Positions 39,520 through 49,167 are shown, numbered from the stretch's first letter. The stretch: DNA of 64,000 bases from Candidatus Sumerlaeaceae bacterium (GCA_051003195.1 JBPCLP010000025.1:64001-128000), one strand, 5' to 3'. Notes: generated from the letters alone by a model not told the origin. Numbers and translations: made by a program.

Positions 39520-40419
39520 TCAGTAGCTGCCCTTACCCTGCTGTCCCTTTACAATGCCTACGCTGGCGCTGGCGCCGATGCGCGTTGCGCCGCTGTTAAT
39601 CATGGTCTGGGCGGTGCCACAGTCGCGAATGCCACCCGAAGCCTTTACGCCCATCTGGTCGCCGACGATCCGCCGCATGAGTGCCACATCTTCCGGGGTC
39701 GCGCCACCTGTTGAAAATCCAGTCGACGTTTTCACAAAGTCCGAACCCGCCGCTTTAGCCAACACGCACGCCGCGATCTTCTGGTCTTCGTTAAGTAACG
39801 ACGTTTCCAGGATCACCTTCACCGTGTTCCCGGAGGCCGCTTTTACGACCGCCCGTATGTCTTCGTAAGTGTATGCGTAATTCCCGGATTCCAGCTTGCC
39901 GACGTTGATCACCATGTCCACTTCATCGGCGCCCTGGGACACTGCTGTCCGCGTTTCGAATGCCTTCGCGTCGGTGCTCATCGCGCCAAGCGGGAAACCC
40001 ACCACGCAGCACACCTTTACACCCGACCCGGCAAGCAACCTTGCGCACGTTTCCACGTACGATGTGTTCACGCACACAGAAGCAAATTTGTGTTTGCGCG
40101 CCTCGGCACAAAGCTTCTCAACCTCAGTCTCGGTCGCATCCGCCTTGAGCAGCGTGTGGTCGATATAAGGTGCAAGATCGCCGCACTCCAATCCCCCACC
40201 GCTCGCGCCGATTCGGCACGCGCCTTTATCCAGCACTTCCTTGCTGGCCCTGGTCTGCTCGACCTTACACTCGGTGCAATCCTCGCTCTTCTTCCCGTGA
40301 GCGCATTTGCACCCGCAGCCACATTCGGACGATTTCTTGTCGGGCGAGGCCGGCGAGGACAACCGCCGCACCACTTCGTCAACGACTTCTGCTATTTCTT
40401 TCTCGGACAATGCTTCCAT
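39520..40419 (-). CDS. deoC: Deoxyribose-phosphate aldolase with N-terminal extension
   Basis: IDHTLLK, VVGFPLG, DEVDMVIN, KVILET, FVKTSTGF, VKASGGIR, RIGAS; ~80-aa extra N-terminus. Confidence 0.96.
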   Translation of the reverse strand: MEALSEKEIAEVVDEVVRRLSSPASPDKKSSECGCGCKCAHGKKSEDCTECKVEQTRASKEVLDKGACRIGASGGGLECGDLAPYIDHTLLKADATETEVEKLCAEARKHKFASVCVNTSYVETCARLLAGSGVKVCCVVGFPLGAMSTDAKAFETRTAVSQGADEVDMVINVGKLESGNYAYTYEDIRAVVKAASGNTVKVILETSLLNEDQKIAACVLAKAAGSDFVKTSTGFSTGGATPEDVALMRRIVGDQMGVKASGGIRDCGTAQTMINSGATRIGASASVGIVKGQQGKGSY

Positions 40420-40490
40420 AAGCCGGTAGATTGCCGATGCGACAATGGCTCAGTCAAGGCACAGCTTCAGGTATCCCGCCGCCCACCACA

Positions 40491-42068
40491 CTACCGCGCG
40501 GAGGCGGTCTGCGTCATCAACGGAATCACCGACCGTCCGCTTTCGTTCCCGCAACGGTCCACGGCCGATACAGCCAGGGCGCCAGGCTGCGCACCGCCCG
40601 CCGTATTGATGGAGTATCCGCTGGTCGCGCCGGGCACGACGTCCATGCGCCACGCACCGTTCACATGGGCATAGATCGCATAGAGGAACACGTCCTGATC
40701 CGCGCCCGATTTCCATGTCACCACGATATTACCGCCGCCATCGCGCTGTGCCTCTGCTCGCGGGGCCGCGGGGGCTTTTGAATCCAACCAGGGACATGCA
40801 GGAATCAGCGCCGGGCCCTGGTATAGCTGCGAAGAAAGCTTGTCGCTCAACCCGTCGGAGTTCTTCAGCAGTGGCTTCGCGCTGAAGAAGATATTGCCGC
40901 TGGCCCCGCGCTCGTTTCGCGTCGAGGTAATCTGCTTGATGATTTCGTCCGCTGTCCACTTACCAAGCGACACGCTGCTGGCGTAATTACCAATCCAGAT
41001 GTGACGGTTCGCGGAGTTCTGGTCCGTCCACCATTTCTGAAGGCTGCCGTAATCGTGCCCGCGTGTATCGAGCGTCCAGTAGAGTTGCGGCGCAATGTAA
41101 TCCACCCAGCCCGATTTGAGCCACTTTTTCGAATCGACATATATTTCCTGGTATGCATCCATTCCGACGGTTCCCGGCGGGTTATTTGGGCGCCAGATAC
41201 CGAAGGGCGAAATCCCAAACTTCAGCGTCGGCTTCAGCTGCTTAAGTTCGCTGGCGGTCCGCTCCACCAGCGTGTCGACATTCGATCGCCGCCAGTCGTC
41301 GCGCGACATATTTCCACCACCGCTCTGGTACGTCGACCAGCTCGCGTCGTCGGGAAACTCCAGTAGTTTTCCCGCGCTGTCCTTCTCGCGATAAGGATAG
41401 AAGTAGTCGTCGAAATGAATCCCGTCCACGTCGTATCGCTTCGCCACGTCCAGAATCACCGAGAGAGAATAGTCCTGTACGGCCTTCTGGCCGGGATCCA
41501 GCCACAGGTGCTTGCCGTAGCGTTTGACCAGATCGGGGTGAGTGTTCGAAACATGCGTCGGCGCAAACGTGGCATTCTGAACAAGCCCGGCGCGGTATGG
41601 ATTAAACCATGCGTGCAGCTCGAGCCCGCGTTTGTGGGCCTCCTGGATCGCAAACTCCAGGGGATCGTAGGCGGGCTCGGGAGCCTTGCCCTGCTGCCCG
41701 GTTAGAAAAACAGACCATGGTTCAATCGACGAAACATAGAACGCATCGCACATGGGCCGCACCTGGAAAATCACGGCATTCAGCCGCAGCGCCTTCGCCT
41801 TATCGAAAATCGCCCGCAGTTCATTTTGCTGCTGCGGCGCGGGCAACCCTCTCTGGCTGGGCCAGTCGATGTTTGCCATCGTCGCGACCCACACCCCACG
41901 GAACTCACGCGGTGGCGACGGGATCTCAGACACCGCTGCGGCCGGCTGCAACTGCGGCGGAGCGGTCACCGGCGGTACTGCACTCGCACGCTGCGCGCAT
42001 ACCAGAAAAGAAAGTATTACAGCGAGCGCAGGGCATACCTTACCAACGTAAAATAGCACACGAAGCAT
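40491..42068 (-). CDS. Glycosyl hydrolase-like family 10 (DUF187, YddW/DigH-like) with C-terminal FN3-like domain
   Basis: Signal peptide; REFRGVWVAT..NIDWPS, LELHAWFNPYR, YDVDGIHFDDYFYPY, FGISPFGIWR, DYIAPQLYW. Confidence 0.92.
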   Translation of the reverse strand: MLRVLFYVGKVCPALAVILSFLVCAQRASAVPPVTAPPQLQPAAAVSEIPSPPREFRGVWVATMANIDWPSQRGLPAPQQQNELRAIFDKAKALRLNAVIFQVRPMCDAFYVSSIEPWSVFLTGQQGKAPEPAYDPLEFAIQEAHKRGLELHAWFNPYRAGLVQNATFAPTHVSNTHPDLVKRYGKHLWLDPGQKAVQDYSLSVILDVAKRYDVDGIHFDDYFYPYREKDSAGKLLEFPDDASWSTYQSGGGNMSRDDWRRSNVDTLVERTASELKQLKPTLKFGISPFGIWRPNNPPGTVGMDAYQEIYVDSKKWLKSGWVDYIAPQLYWTLDTRGHDYGSLQKWWTDQNSANRHIWIGNYASSVSLGKWTADEIIKQITSTRNERGASGNIFFSAKPLLKNSDGLSDKLSSQLYQGPALIPACPWLDSKAPAAPRAEAQRDGGGNIVVTWKSGADQDVFLYAIYAHVNGAWRMDVVPGATSGYSINTAGGAQPGALAVSAVDRCGNESGRSVIPLMTQTASAR

Positions 42069-42160
42069 GAGATATATATAATCCTAAAGAGGCCTGATTT
42101 ACTAAAAAGTTTGATAGTACAACATACGCAAAGTGGCGCTGGCAACCATTTGTGACAGCA

Positions 42161-43675
42161 CTATTCAGGTTTCATTAAAGGAAACAGGATCACGTCGCGA
42201 ATGGAAGCCGAGTTCGTCAGCAGCATGGTCAGCCGGTCGATACCAACACCCAGTCCGCTGGTCGGAGGCATGCCGTACTCCAGCGCGCGCACGTAGTCCT
42301 CGTCCATGTCCTGCGCTTCCTCGTCCCCGCCTGCCTTGGCGGCCACCTGCTCCTTGAATCGTTCGTACTGTTCCTTGGGGTCGTTCAGCTCCGAATACCC
42401 GTTCGCGATTTCCATCCCGCAGATGTACAGCTCGAATCGTTCCGCGACATACGGATCGTCTGGCTTCGACTTCGCCAGCGGGCTTACCGCCTTCGGAAAT
42501 TCGGTGATGAAGACCGGCTCGAGCAGCTGCGATTCCACCCGCGCCTCGAATATCTCGATCAGCATTTCGTGCGTGCTGCCCGGCTTTAATGGCGCATGGA
42601 AAGCCCGCACCTTTTGCAGCGTCACCTCCGCAGGGTCGGACCAACTGAAGTCCACCTGGGCCGCCTCCGGCACATACCGGCGGATCGCGTCCAGGTACGT
42701 CAGGCGCGGGAACTCCGGTCCAATGTCGATGCTCGCCTCGCCGAACGTAAAGGTCGTTGTCTGAAACACGGACTGCGCCGTAGTGCGGATCATCTCCTCC
42801 GTCAGCGCCATTGTGTCGCGGTAGTCCCAGTATGCCGTGTACAACTCCAGCATCGTGAACTCCGGGTTGTGCCGGATCGAGAGCCCCTCGTTGCGGAAGT
42901 TCCGGTTAATCTCAAAAGTCTTTTCGAGCCCGCCCACCGTCAGCCGCTTCAGGTAAAGCTCTGGTGCGATACGCAGGTACAGCGGCATGTTGAGCGCGTT
43001 GTGATGCGTCACGAAAGGCCGTGCCGTGGCGCCGCCCGCCACCGGATGCATCATCGGTGTTTCCACTTCCAGGTAACCACGAGCGTCCAGGTACTTGCGC
43101 ATCGCGCTGACAATGCGGCTGCGGTTGACGAACGTCTGCTGCACCTCGTCGTTCGCGATCAGGTCCACATAACGCTGCCGGTAGCGCGTCTCCTTATCGG
43201 TCAAACCATGCCACTTCTCCGGCAGCGGCCGCATCGACTTCGTAAGGAAATGAAAGCGCTGCGCGTGAATCGAAAGCTCGCCCGTTTTCGTGATGAACGC
43301 GAAGCCCTCCACGCCCGCCACGTCGCCCATGTCCGTGTACTCTTTGAAGACACGGTAATCTTGCTCTGGCACATCGTCGCGACGCAGGTATACCTGCATT
43401 CTGCCGCTCTCATCCTTGAGGTGGAAAAACGACGCCTTGCCCATGTGCCGGATCGTCATGATGCGACCCGCCAGCTTCAGCGGCGTCTGATCGGCGATCA
43501 GCGCTTCAGAGTTTTCGCGCACGTCACTGCTGCGATGCGTGGGCAGCCAGCGGTTCACGAACGGGTTCAGCCCCTCTGCGCGCATTCGCTCCGCCTTCTC
43601 ATAGCGGTTTCGGATTATTTCATTATGGTCGTTCAGCATCGCTTCAGGGGATTCGGTTGCGGTCGTCATGCTCAA
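42161..43675 (-). CDS. lysS: Lysine--tRNA ligase (class II)
   Basis: YRQRYVDLI, EVETPMM, GGATARPF, LRIAPELYLKRL, HNPEFTMLE, YGMPP..GLG.GIDRL. Confidence 0.98.
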   Translation of the reverse strand: MSMTTATESPEAMLNDHNEIIRNRYEKAERMRAEGLNPFVNRWLPTHRSSDVRENSEALIADQTPLKLAGRIMTIRHMGKASFFHLKDESGRMQVYLRRDDVPEQDYRVFKEYTDMGDVAGVEGFAFITKTGELSIHAQRFHFLTKSMRPLPEKWHGLTDKETRYRQRYVDLIANDEVQQTFVNRSRIVSAMRKYLDARGYLEVETPMMHPVAGGATARPFVTHHNALNMPLYLRIAPELYLKRLTVGGLEKTFEINRNFRNEGLSIRHNPEFTMLELYTAYWDYRDTMALTEEMIRTTAQSVFQTTTFTFGEASIDIGPEFPRLTYLDAIRRYVPEAAQVDFSWSDPAEVTLQKVRAFHAPLKPGSTHEMLIEIFEARVESQLLEPVFITEFPKAVSPLAKSKPDDPYVAERFELYICGMEIANGYSELNDPKEQYERFKEQVAAKAGGDEEAQDMDEDYVRALEYGMPPTSGLGVGIDRLTMLLTNSASIRDVILFPLMKPE

Positions 43676-43753
43676 TGCTATTCTTGCTTAAAGTCGGTTC
43701 GGAATCAGGAAACGTTATTCGCGTCCGGCGCGCCGTGGCACCCGGACAGGGGA

Positions 43754-44080
43754 CTACAGAACGTTCAACTGCTCGTCGAGCATGTCGATCAGGCCGTCCA
43801 CGCGTTTTCGTACGTCATCCGTCAGGCCGTGCACTGCCGACGCGTCGTCGATCATTTTGTAATACTCCACAGTCACCAGCAGGGCCGCCTGCATCGCCAG
43901 CTTGCCGGTATCTGGTGTCGTCAGCTTGCTGCTAAGGTCGCGCATGAGGGTATCCACATGCCGGGCCGCGCGCCTGAGGCGCTCGTGCTCATCCTCGGGC
44001 GCCCGCAGCCGGAAGGGCAGGTTGTAGATCTCGAACTCCAGCTTCGCCGGGCCGCCATGGTTATTGGACTCCTGGCTCAT
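43754..44080 (-). CDS. zapA: Cell division protein ZapA
   Basis: EIYNLPFRL...L.RAARHVD..M...LA..AAL; follows the zapB-like gene with ATGA overlap. Confidence 0.85.
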   Translation of the reverse strand: MSQESNNHGGPAKLEFEIYNLPFRLRAPEDEHERLRRAARHVDTLMRDLSSKLTTPDTGKLAMQAALLVTVEYYKMIDDASAVHGLTDDVRKRVDGLIDMLDEQLNVL

Positions 44081-44382
44081 TCGGCGCCGTGGCTGTCGAG
44101 TTCGAGTATCTCGGATTCCAGCGTGTCAATGCGGTTCAAGATCATCTTTAACCGGTCCTTGACGGTCGACTCCTTGTCATCGCGCAGGTTCAATTCCTGC
44201 TCAAGTTCGCGGATGCGCCCCTGCAACCTGACATTGTCGCTGTCCGTCTGGTTTTTCTGTTCCACCACGGCGGATAGCTCGCGATTCTGGCGCTGCAATT
44301 CCCCAATGCGGCCCTTGGCTTCGTTGATCTTGTCCACCAGGGCTGAAATCTTTTCCTCAAGGGCATCAATCCGGTCAATCAT
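44077..44382 (-). CDS. ZapB-like coiled-coil protein
   Basis: IDALEEKI..LVD...L..QN heptad pattern; directly upstream of zapA. Confidence 0.75.
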   Translation of the reverse strand: MIDRIDALEEKISALVDKINEAKGRIGELQRQNRELSAVVEQKNQTDSDNVRLQGRIRELEQELNLRDDKESTVKDRLKMILNRIDTLESEILELDSHGAE

Positions 44383-44423
44383 CCAGCAACGCTCCCGCCT
44401 TGCACAACTATAGTCTTACGCGC

Positions 44424-44453
44424 AGTGTAAAGCCGCAGCTCAAAATGGATCAA
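44424..44453 (-). promoter_or_regulatory. Possible sigma70 promoter for the zapB-like/zapA operon
   Basis: TTGATC-N18-TACACT on the minus strand, about 40 bp upstream of the start. Confidence 0.35.
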
Positions 44454-44502
44454 GTGAAATCGCCTGTCCTGCATGACAACTTGTTGTCAAGTAACGCGGC
44501 TG

Positions 44503-44600
44503 ACAAGCGACGGTCTACCATTAACTCGTAACCAGTTCTGTGTGCCGAATCGAGCTCAAGTCTGCCGGGCTGGTAAGGAACTACGGACTCGGCACACTGG
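44503..44600 (+). mobile_element. ~100-bp MITE/REP-like element, copy 3 (degenerate ends)
   Basis: GGTCTACCATTAACTCGTAACCAGTTCTGTGTGCCGAATCGAGCTC...GGACTCGGCACACTGG. Confidence 0.78.
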
Positions 44601-44676
44601 TGCAGAATCTGTAATGGACAACCTGCAATACCCGTGCAGACTTCAGCTTTAATCGATTTCAGAAAGGACCAGTTAC

Positions 44677-45036
44677 ATGGCCGCGATGGAAAAGAAAAAT
44701 CTTTCTCAGCCCGATGAGACCCGCACTTTTGACAAGGGGCAGTTGGAACTCGTCACGCTTGGCGGTGTGACCTTCGGTCGCATCACGCTGCAGCCCGGCT
44801 GGAAGTGGTCCACCTGCGTCAAGCCTCTCGCGAAAACGGAAAGCTGCCAGGCCCCCCATCTGCAGTATCAGATCTCCGGCCGGATGCACGTGCGCATGGA
44901 CGACGGATCCGAGGAGGAATTCGGGCCGGGAGACGTTCTGAAGCTGCCCCCCGGTCACGACGCATGGGTAATTGGAAACGAGCCGGTCGTCGCAATCGAC
45001 ATCACGGGCATGGGCGAATACGCAAAACAAAACTGA
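44677..45036 (+). CDS. Cupin domain protein
   Basis: QPGWKWS..VKP...SCQAPH, ISGRMHV..DDG, PPGHDAWV; GAAAGGA RBS. Confidence 0.9.
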   Translation: MAAMEKKNLSQPDETRTFDKGQLELVTLGGVTFGRITLQPGWKWSTCVKPLAKTESCQAPHLQYQISGRMHVRMDDGSEEEFGPGDVLKLPPGHDAWVIGNEPVVAIDITGMGEYAKQN

Positions 45037-45280
45037 CACTAACATCTCACGCGGCGTCCTTATCCCACAAGACGTCCGCCCATTGCATAAGACCGTCCGG
45101 AATTCTTAATTCAACAGATCAGGTTTTGGCTTTTTCGTGCCCGTGCACGTGCCCTGATCTCGTGCACGTCAATTGTTGAACGACGCCTCCCCGGAATCGA
45201 GTGTCCGCGTTTTCAGAGGAAGTTCAACTTAGCCCTTACCGTAACTGATCTTTTGATGAAGTCTCCATGACGTTAGCAAC

Positions 45281-45316
45281 TTAATTAGTGACAACGTCAA
45301 CAGTCCCAGATATTTT
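45281..45316 (+). repeat. Left inverted repeat (pairs with 47490-47524)
   Basis: TTAATTAGTGACAACGTCAACAGTCCCAGATATTTT; its reverse complement matches the right copy at 30 of 36 positions by manual alignment. Confidence 0.7.
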
Positions 45317-45322
45317 CTTCTG

Positions 45323-47476
45323 TTACGGTTCGCGTTTCGATTCGGCCTGCAAAATCCACATATACCCAATACGCATTCCACACGGTCGCGACGATTTTAG
45401 TACGAATGGCTGAGCCGATTGCTTTACTGCTGATAACTCAGCGAGCTGAGTAATTGTCGTTTCCGCCGACTTCAGCGATATCGATGTTTCACTTTCGCCA
45501 ATCATCATTGTCAGCCATCCGCCTTGGTCACCAGCCTTCATGCGCGCAAGTGCGCGCAGCTTATGGCCAACCTCCAGCCCATGCAATTTTCCGCTGACGT
45601 GCCCCGTCACGTGTCGACTTATGTCCACCACCGTCGGCGTGCTTTCCAAATCCGTCAATGCCGGCGCATCCATCACGTAGTGAAGCGTCTTGTCGCGCCA
45701 ATCAACCTCGTGATCTTCCTCACTTCTCAAATCCGCAAAATCTACATGGTCAACCAACCGCCAGCCCTTCGGCAGAAACTTCGCAGGAAGCATTTCCGCC
45801 GAACGCACGAACTCACGCGGAAATCTATACAGTTTCATGTCTGCATTGCGATCGTTCATCGGCAGGGCATCCGGAAATGTTGCCGGGTCAGCAATGAGAT
45901 CGGCGGTGTAGCACGGCGACTGCCACATCGGACTGAACATCGCCGCCACATCAGGCAACTCCTCGGTCGTCAGGCAGCGCTCAATTGCCTCAAACGGCGC
46001 GAACGCACCCTCAATTGCAGCACGCGTCAGCTCATACCCGGGCAGTTGCATGCACAGCCCGATCACGTCAAAACCGTTAATGTCGCTGAAGTACATCGGC
46101 GCGCCAGCGTCGTGGCTGATCAGCTTCTTATATGTGCCGGGCTTTTCGCGGTTCACTTTTGCTATGTAGCGCCCGATGGGAATCTGTCGCGCGGCAAGCA
46201 CCTGGGAATTGCGGATGTAGAGTTCGTGGATCTGCCTCAACGCGGGCATCGATCCTGCGACCAGCACAAGTGGTAAGAGTGCGACCGCACGTTGAAACCA
46301 GAGCTGCCCCGGCCGCTGCGACAGCCGCACTGCGGCTTTCATCAAGTTTCCCGCGCCTATTCCCGCCAAAAGAAACAGTGGCGGTACGTAGGGCTGCAGG
46401 TAACGGAATGTTCCCGTGCCAACAACGTCTCGCTGCCCTGCCATAAAACAAAATTCGACCGCGACAACAATCCATGTACACAGTATTGCCAGCCGCAATC
46501 TAATACCACACGGCCACAGACTCAGCGCCAGCAAAACGAGTGCAACCGCGCCACTTAGCAGACCAAACGTTGCTGGACCAAAACTGCCAATCAATTCGCC
46601 CGGCAGGTTCGATATCTTTTCCTGCCAGAAAGATCCCTTTTGCGACTGGTCCCGAAACGGGTCGCTCCAGATGCTGCGCAATTTCATGCTGTTCGGAATT
46701 GGGTCGCCGGTCATCATCCAGTTCAGCGACAGAAACGCCGCTAGCGGAAGTACACACAATACGCCACATATCAAAGGCTGCAGAATTGTCGATGCATGTA
46801 CTCGAGCCCGGTCGCGCCAGATCTGTAACGCTCCTGCTCCGCTTACGAATGCCCAGCACACCCCAACCGCAAGTATCGCCTCGGGCCGCAGCAGCGGCAG
46901 TGCAGCGCCGACTGCTGCAAAGCGGCTGTTCCATCTCGGTAGTTCACCGCGTTCAAGCAAATCCCATGTGCACCACATCAGCGCGATTACGCCTGCCGTC
47001 GCTATCCCGGTCTCCATCCCCGAGACCGCACCGCAAACCAGGAACCCACACACGCTCCACAGCATCGCCGTGCTCGTCGCAATCAGCGCCGTCGTGTGGC
47101 GACAAAGCAGCCGCCACAACAGATAGATCCCTGCACTCGCAGCCGCGACGTTCACGATGTGTGCAAACAGCATGATCCAGTGCTCGCGAAATCCAACTGA
47201 GTAACCGACCGTCAGAATCAGCGGATACAGAGCACTCGTCGCGCCCTTGCTATAGCCACTGTCCGGCGACCACGTATACAGCATTCCCCGCGTAAAGTTT
47301 TTCGCATACTGCGCGTGAATGTAAGCATCATCCACCAGTGCCGGCCAGATGCCCCCACCGACCCGGTAACCTGTTAATATAAACCAGATACACAGCGCAA
47401 AGAAGGTAGCAGTAGGAAGCAGCCACGCAATGCATGTTACAGTACCGTTACAAGTTTTCCGGGCAATCATCTGCAT
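45323..47476 (-). CDS. Multi-TM GT-C-like protein (arabinofuranosyltransferase-like)
   Basis: VDDAYIH..YAKN, GATS.LY, SGMET, L.RPE, RY..P, DAGA..YFS...D.IGL; start uncertain. Confidence 0.7.
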   Translation of the reverse strand: MQMIARKTCNGTVTCIAWLLPTATFFALCIWFILTGYRVGGGIWPALVDDAYIHAQYAKNFTRGMLYTWSPDSGYSKGATSALYPLILTVGYSVGFREHWIMLFAHIVNVAAASAGIYLLWRLLCRHTTALIATSTAMLWSVCGFLVCGAVSGMETGIATAGVIALMWCTWDLLERGELPRWNSRFAAVGAALPLLRPEAILAVGVCWAFVSGAGALQIWRDRARVHASTILQPLICGVLCVLPLAAFLSLNWMMTGDPIPNSMKLRSIWSDPFRDQSQKGSFWQEKISNLPGELIGSFGPATFGLLSGAVALVLLALSLWPCGIRLRLAILCTWIVVAVEFCFMAGQRDVVGTGTFRYLQPYVPPLFLLAGIGAGNLMKAAVRLSQRPGQLWFQRAVALLPLVLVAGSMPALRQIHELYIRNSQVLAARQIPIGRYIAKVNREKPGTYKKLISHDAGAPMYFSDINGFDVIGLCMQLPGYELTRAAIEGAFAPFEAIERCLTTEELPDVAAMFSPMWQSPCYTADLIADPATFPDALPMNDRNADMKLYRFPREFVRSAEMLPAKFLPKGWRLVDHVDFADLRSEEDHEVDWRDKTLHYVMDAPALTDLESTPTVVDISRHVTGHVSGKLHGLEVGHKLRALARMKAGDQGGWLTMMIGESETSISLKSAETTITQLAELSAVKQSAQPFVLKSSRPCGMRIGYMWILQAESKREP

Positions 47477-47489
47477 TCCAAAGAATTGC

Positions 47490-47524
47490 AAAAAATCGGG
47501 ACGGTTGACGTTTTCCCCAATTAA
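47490..47524 (-). repeat. Right inverted repeat (pairs with 45281-45316)
   Basis: AAAAAATCGGGACGGTTGACGTTTTCCCCAATTAA. Confidence 0.7.
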
Positions 47525-47569
47525 TTGGATTGCATCTGCCGTTCATCTGCAGGCTGCCGTAGATCACCT

Positions 47570-47767
47570 ATCGCACGTATGGCAAGGATTGTTGTCGCGG
47601 GATGCCCGCATCACATCACCCACCGCAGCAACCTGCGCGCCGACATCTTCCTCCACGACAACGACCGCCTGCTCTACAAGTCGCTGCTCGCACAAACCTC
47701 GCGCCCGTTCGGACTGCAGATCTGGGCCTACTGCCTTTTGACAAACCACATCCACCTCATCGCCGTC
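47570..47767 (+). pseudogene. Truncated REP-associated tyrosine transposase (RAYT/Y1_Tnp) remnant
   Basis: MARIVVAGCPHHITHRSN...IF....DR..Y...AYCLLTNHIHLI includes the HUH motif; similarity stops after ~65 aa, before the catalytic Tyr region. Confidence 0.82.
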
Positions 47768-47879
47768 ATTAATTACTCAATAGAATCAGACCCAAACTCT
47801 GCACGAATTCCCGGGAATTTGCACTCGTGATTTTATGCACAAATGCGGCAGTCGACAGCATGACACGTGCTCAACGAAA

Positions 47880-47898
47880 CCGGCCACAACGTGGCCGG
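47880..47898 (-). terminator. Hairpin, possible terminator after the DinB-family gene
   Basis: CCGGCCAC-AAC-GTGGCCGG followed by only a short T run on the minus strand. Confidence 0.4.
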
Positions 47899-47906
47899 AG
47901 CGGCCC

Positions 47907-48437
47907 TCACATCTCCTGCGGAAGCCGCTTTCGTAGCCACCGAATCTGGCCGCGGTGGTTCACCTCGTCTTCAAAAACGTGGAACCACATGAAATAGTAA
48001 TTCGCGGTTGCCTCCCCGAAAGGAACCACGGTTCGCAGCCAGGCATCGTCACGCTGCGCCAATTCCCCCTGCGTTCGGTTGCGCCCGCTCTCAAGGAGAT
48101 CCGTATAGTAGTCGAGATTGTGCCCGCGAATCTCCGAGCGACCCGCCTCCCCCAGGTCCAGCGCTGCGGTCCACGGACGCAGTTCTTCCTCCGAAGCAGC
48201 GCCGCGGAAAGTTTTCAGCGTGTAGAAAAACTCCACCGCCGCAATGTGCAGCAGCAGCGCGCCGATGGAATTGCTCTCCGCATCATGAACGTGGTCGAGC
48301 TGGGCCGTCGTTAGTCCCGCCACGGAGTGCAGCGTCGTGAAACGCGCATAGTTCATCATGGAGACGAGATCCGAGATACCCGGCGAAAGGCCGGCCCGCG
48401 GTCCGATCACCATCAGCTGAGAAAGGTCCTGCATCAT
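47907..48437 (-). CDS. DinB/DUF664 family protein
   Basis: NSIGALLLHIAAVE and WFHVFEDEVNHRGQI His triad. Confidence 0.88.
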   Translation of the reverse strand: MMQDLSQLMVIGPRAGLSPGISDLVSMMNYARFTTLHSVAGLTTAQLDHVHDAESNSIGALLLHIAAVEFFYTLKTFRGAASEEELRPWTAALDLGEAGRSEIRGHNLDYYTDLLESGRNRTQGELAQRDDAWLRTVVPFGEATANYYFMWFHVFEDEVNHRGQIRWLRKRLPQEM

Positions 48438-48550
48438 CGCAACAGCGCCGCGCCGCGAAGCCGCAGTCAAGCCACAGCCGCACCCGCGGCTACCTCACTC
48501 ATGAATTCGCTTCGCACGTTTTTCGACGGCGGGTGTATGCTTGGCCACGT

Positions 48551-49159
48551 ATGGACGACAAGTTTCCAGAACCGCTAGAGCGACTTATCCACGAACTGTC
48601 GCGGCTGCCCACCATCGGCCGCAAAAGCGCACAGCGGCTGGCGTTTCAGCTGCTGAAATCGCCCGCGGAACAGCCGCAGCGACTGGCCGATGCGCTGCAC
48701 CATCTGCACGAACGCGTCCACTTCTGCCGTCAGTGTTTCTACATCACCGAGGAAGAGCTGTGCGCGATTTGCCGCAACCCCGACCGTGATGGCTCGCAAA
48801 TATGCGTGGTGGAGGAGCCCATGGACGTCGCGTCGTTCGAGCGCACGGGTTCTTACCGCGGGTTTTACCACGTGCTGCTGGGGCGCCTGTCGCCGTTGCA
48901 GGGCGTGATGCCCGAAGACCTGAAGATCGGCGAGCTGATGAATCGCGTTGAGCGAGCGAACGGCGAAGTCCGCGAAGTGATTCTCGCCACGAATCCGAAT
49001 GTCGACGGCGATGCGACCGCACTTTATATTTCGCGCATGCTCGAACCGCGGGGGATTTCGATTACGCGCCTGGGACTCGGGTTGCCCATGGGCAGCTCGC
49101 TCGAATACGCTGACGAGCTCACGCTGCAAAAAGCGCTCGAGACGAGAAAATCGGTGTAG
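48551..49159 (+). CDS. recR: Recombination protein RecR
   Basis: LPTIGRKSAQRLA helix-hairpin-helix, C4 zinc finger, CVVEE, EVILATNP.V.G..TA, LEYADE.TL. Confidence 0.97.
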   Translation: MDDKFPEPLERLIHELSRLPTIGRKSAQRLAFQLLKSPAEQPQRLADALHHLHERVHFCRQCFYITEEELCAICRNPDRDGSQICVVEEPMDVASFERTGSYRGFYHVLLGRLSPLQGVMPEDLKIGELMNRVERANGEVREVILATNPNVDGDATALYISRMLEPRGISITRLGLGLPMGSSLEYADELTLQKALETRKSV

Positions 49160-49167
49160 CGCGGGAT

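Noticed and set aside
42596..44413. 605-aa plus-strand ORF
   Set aside because: Antisense shadow of lysS, zapA and the zapB-like gene, which have clear motifs; expected in GC-rich DNA
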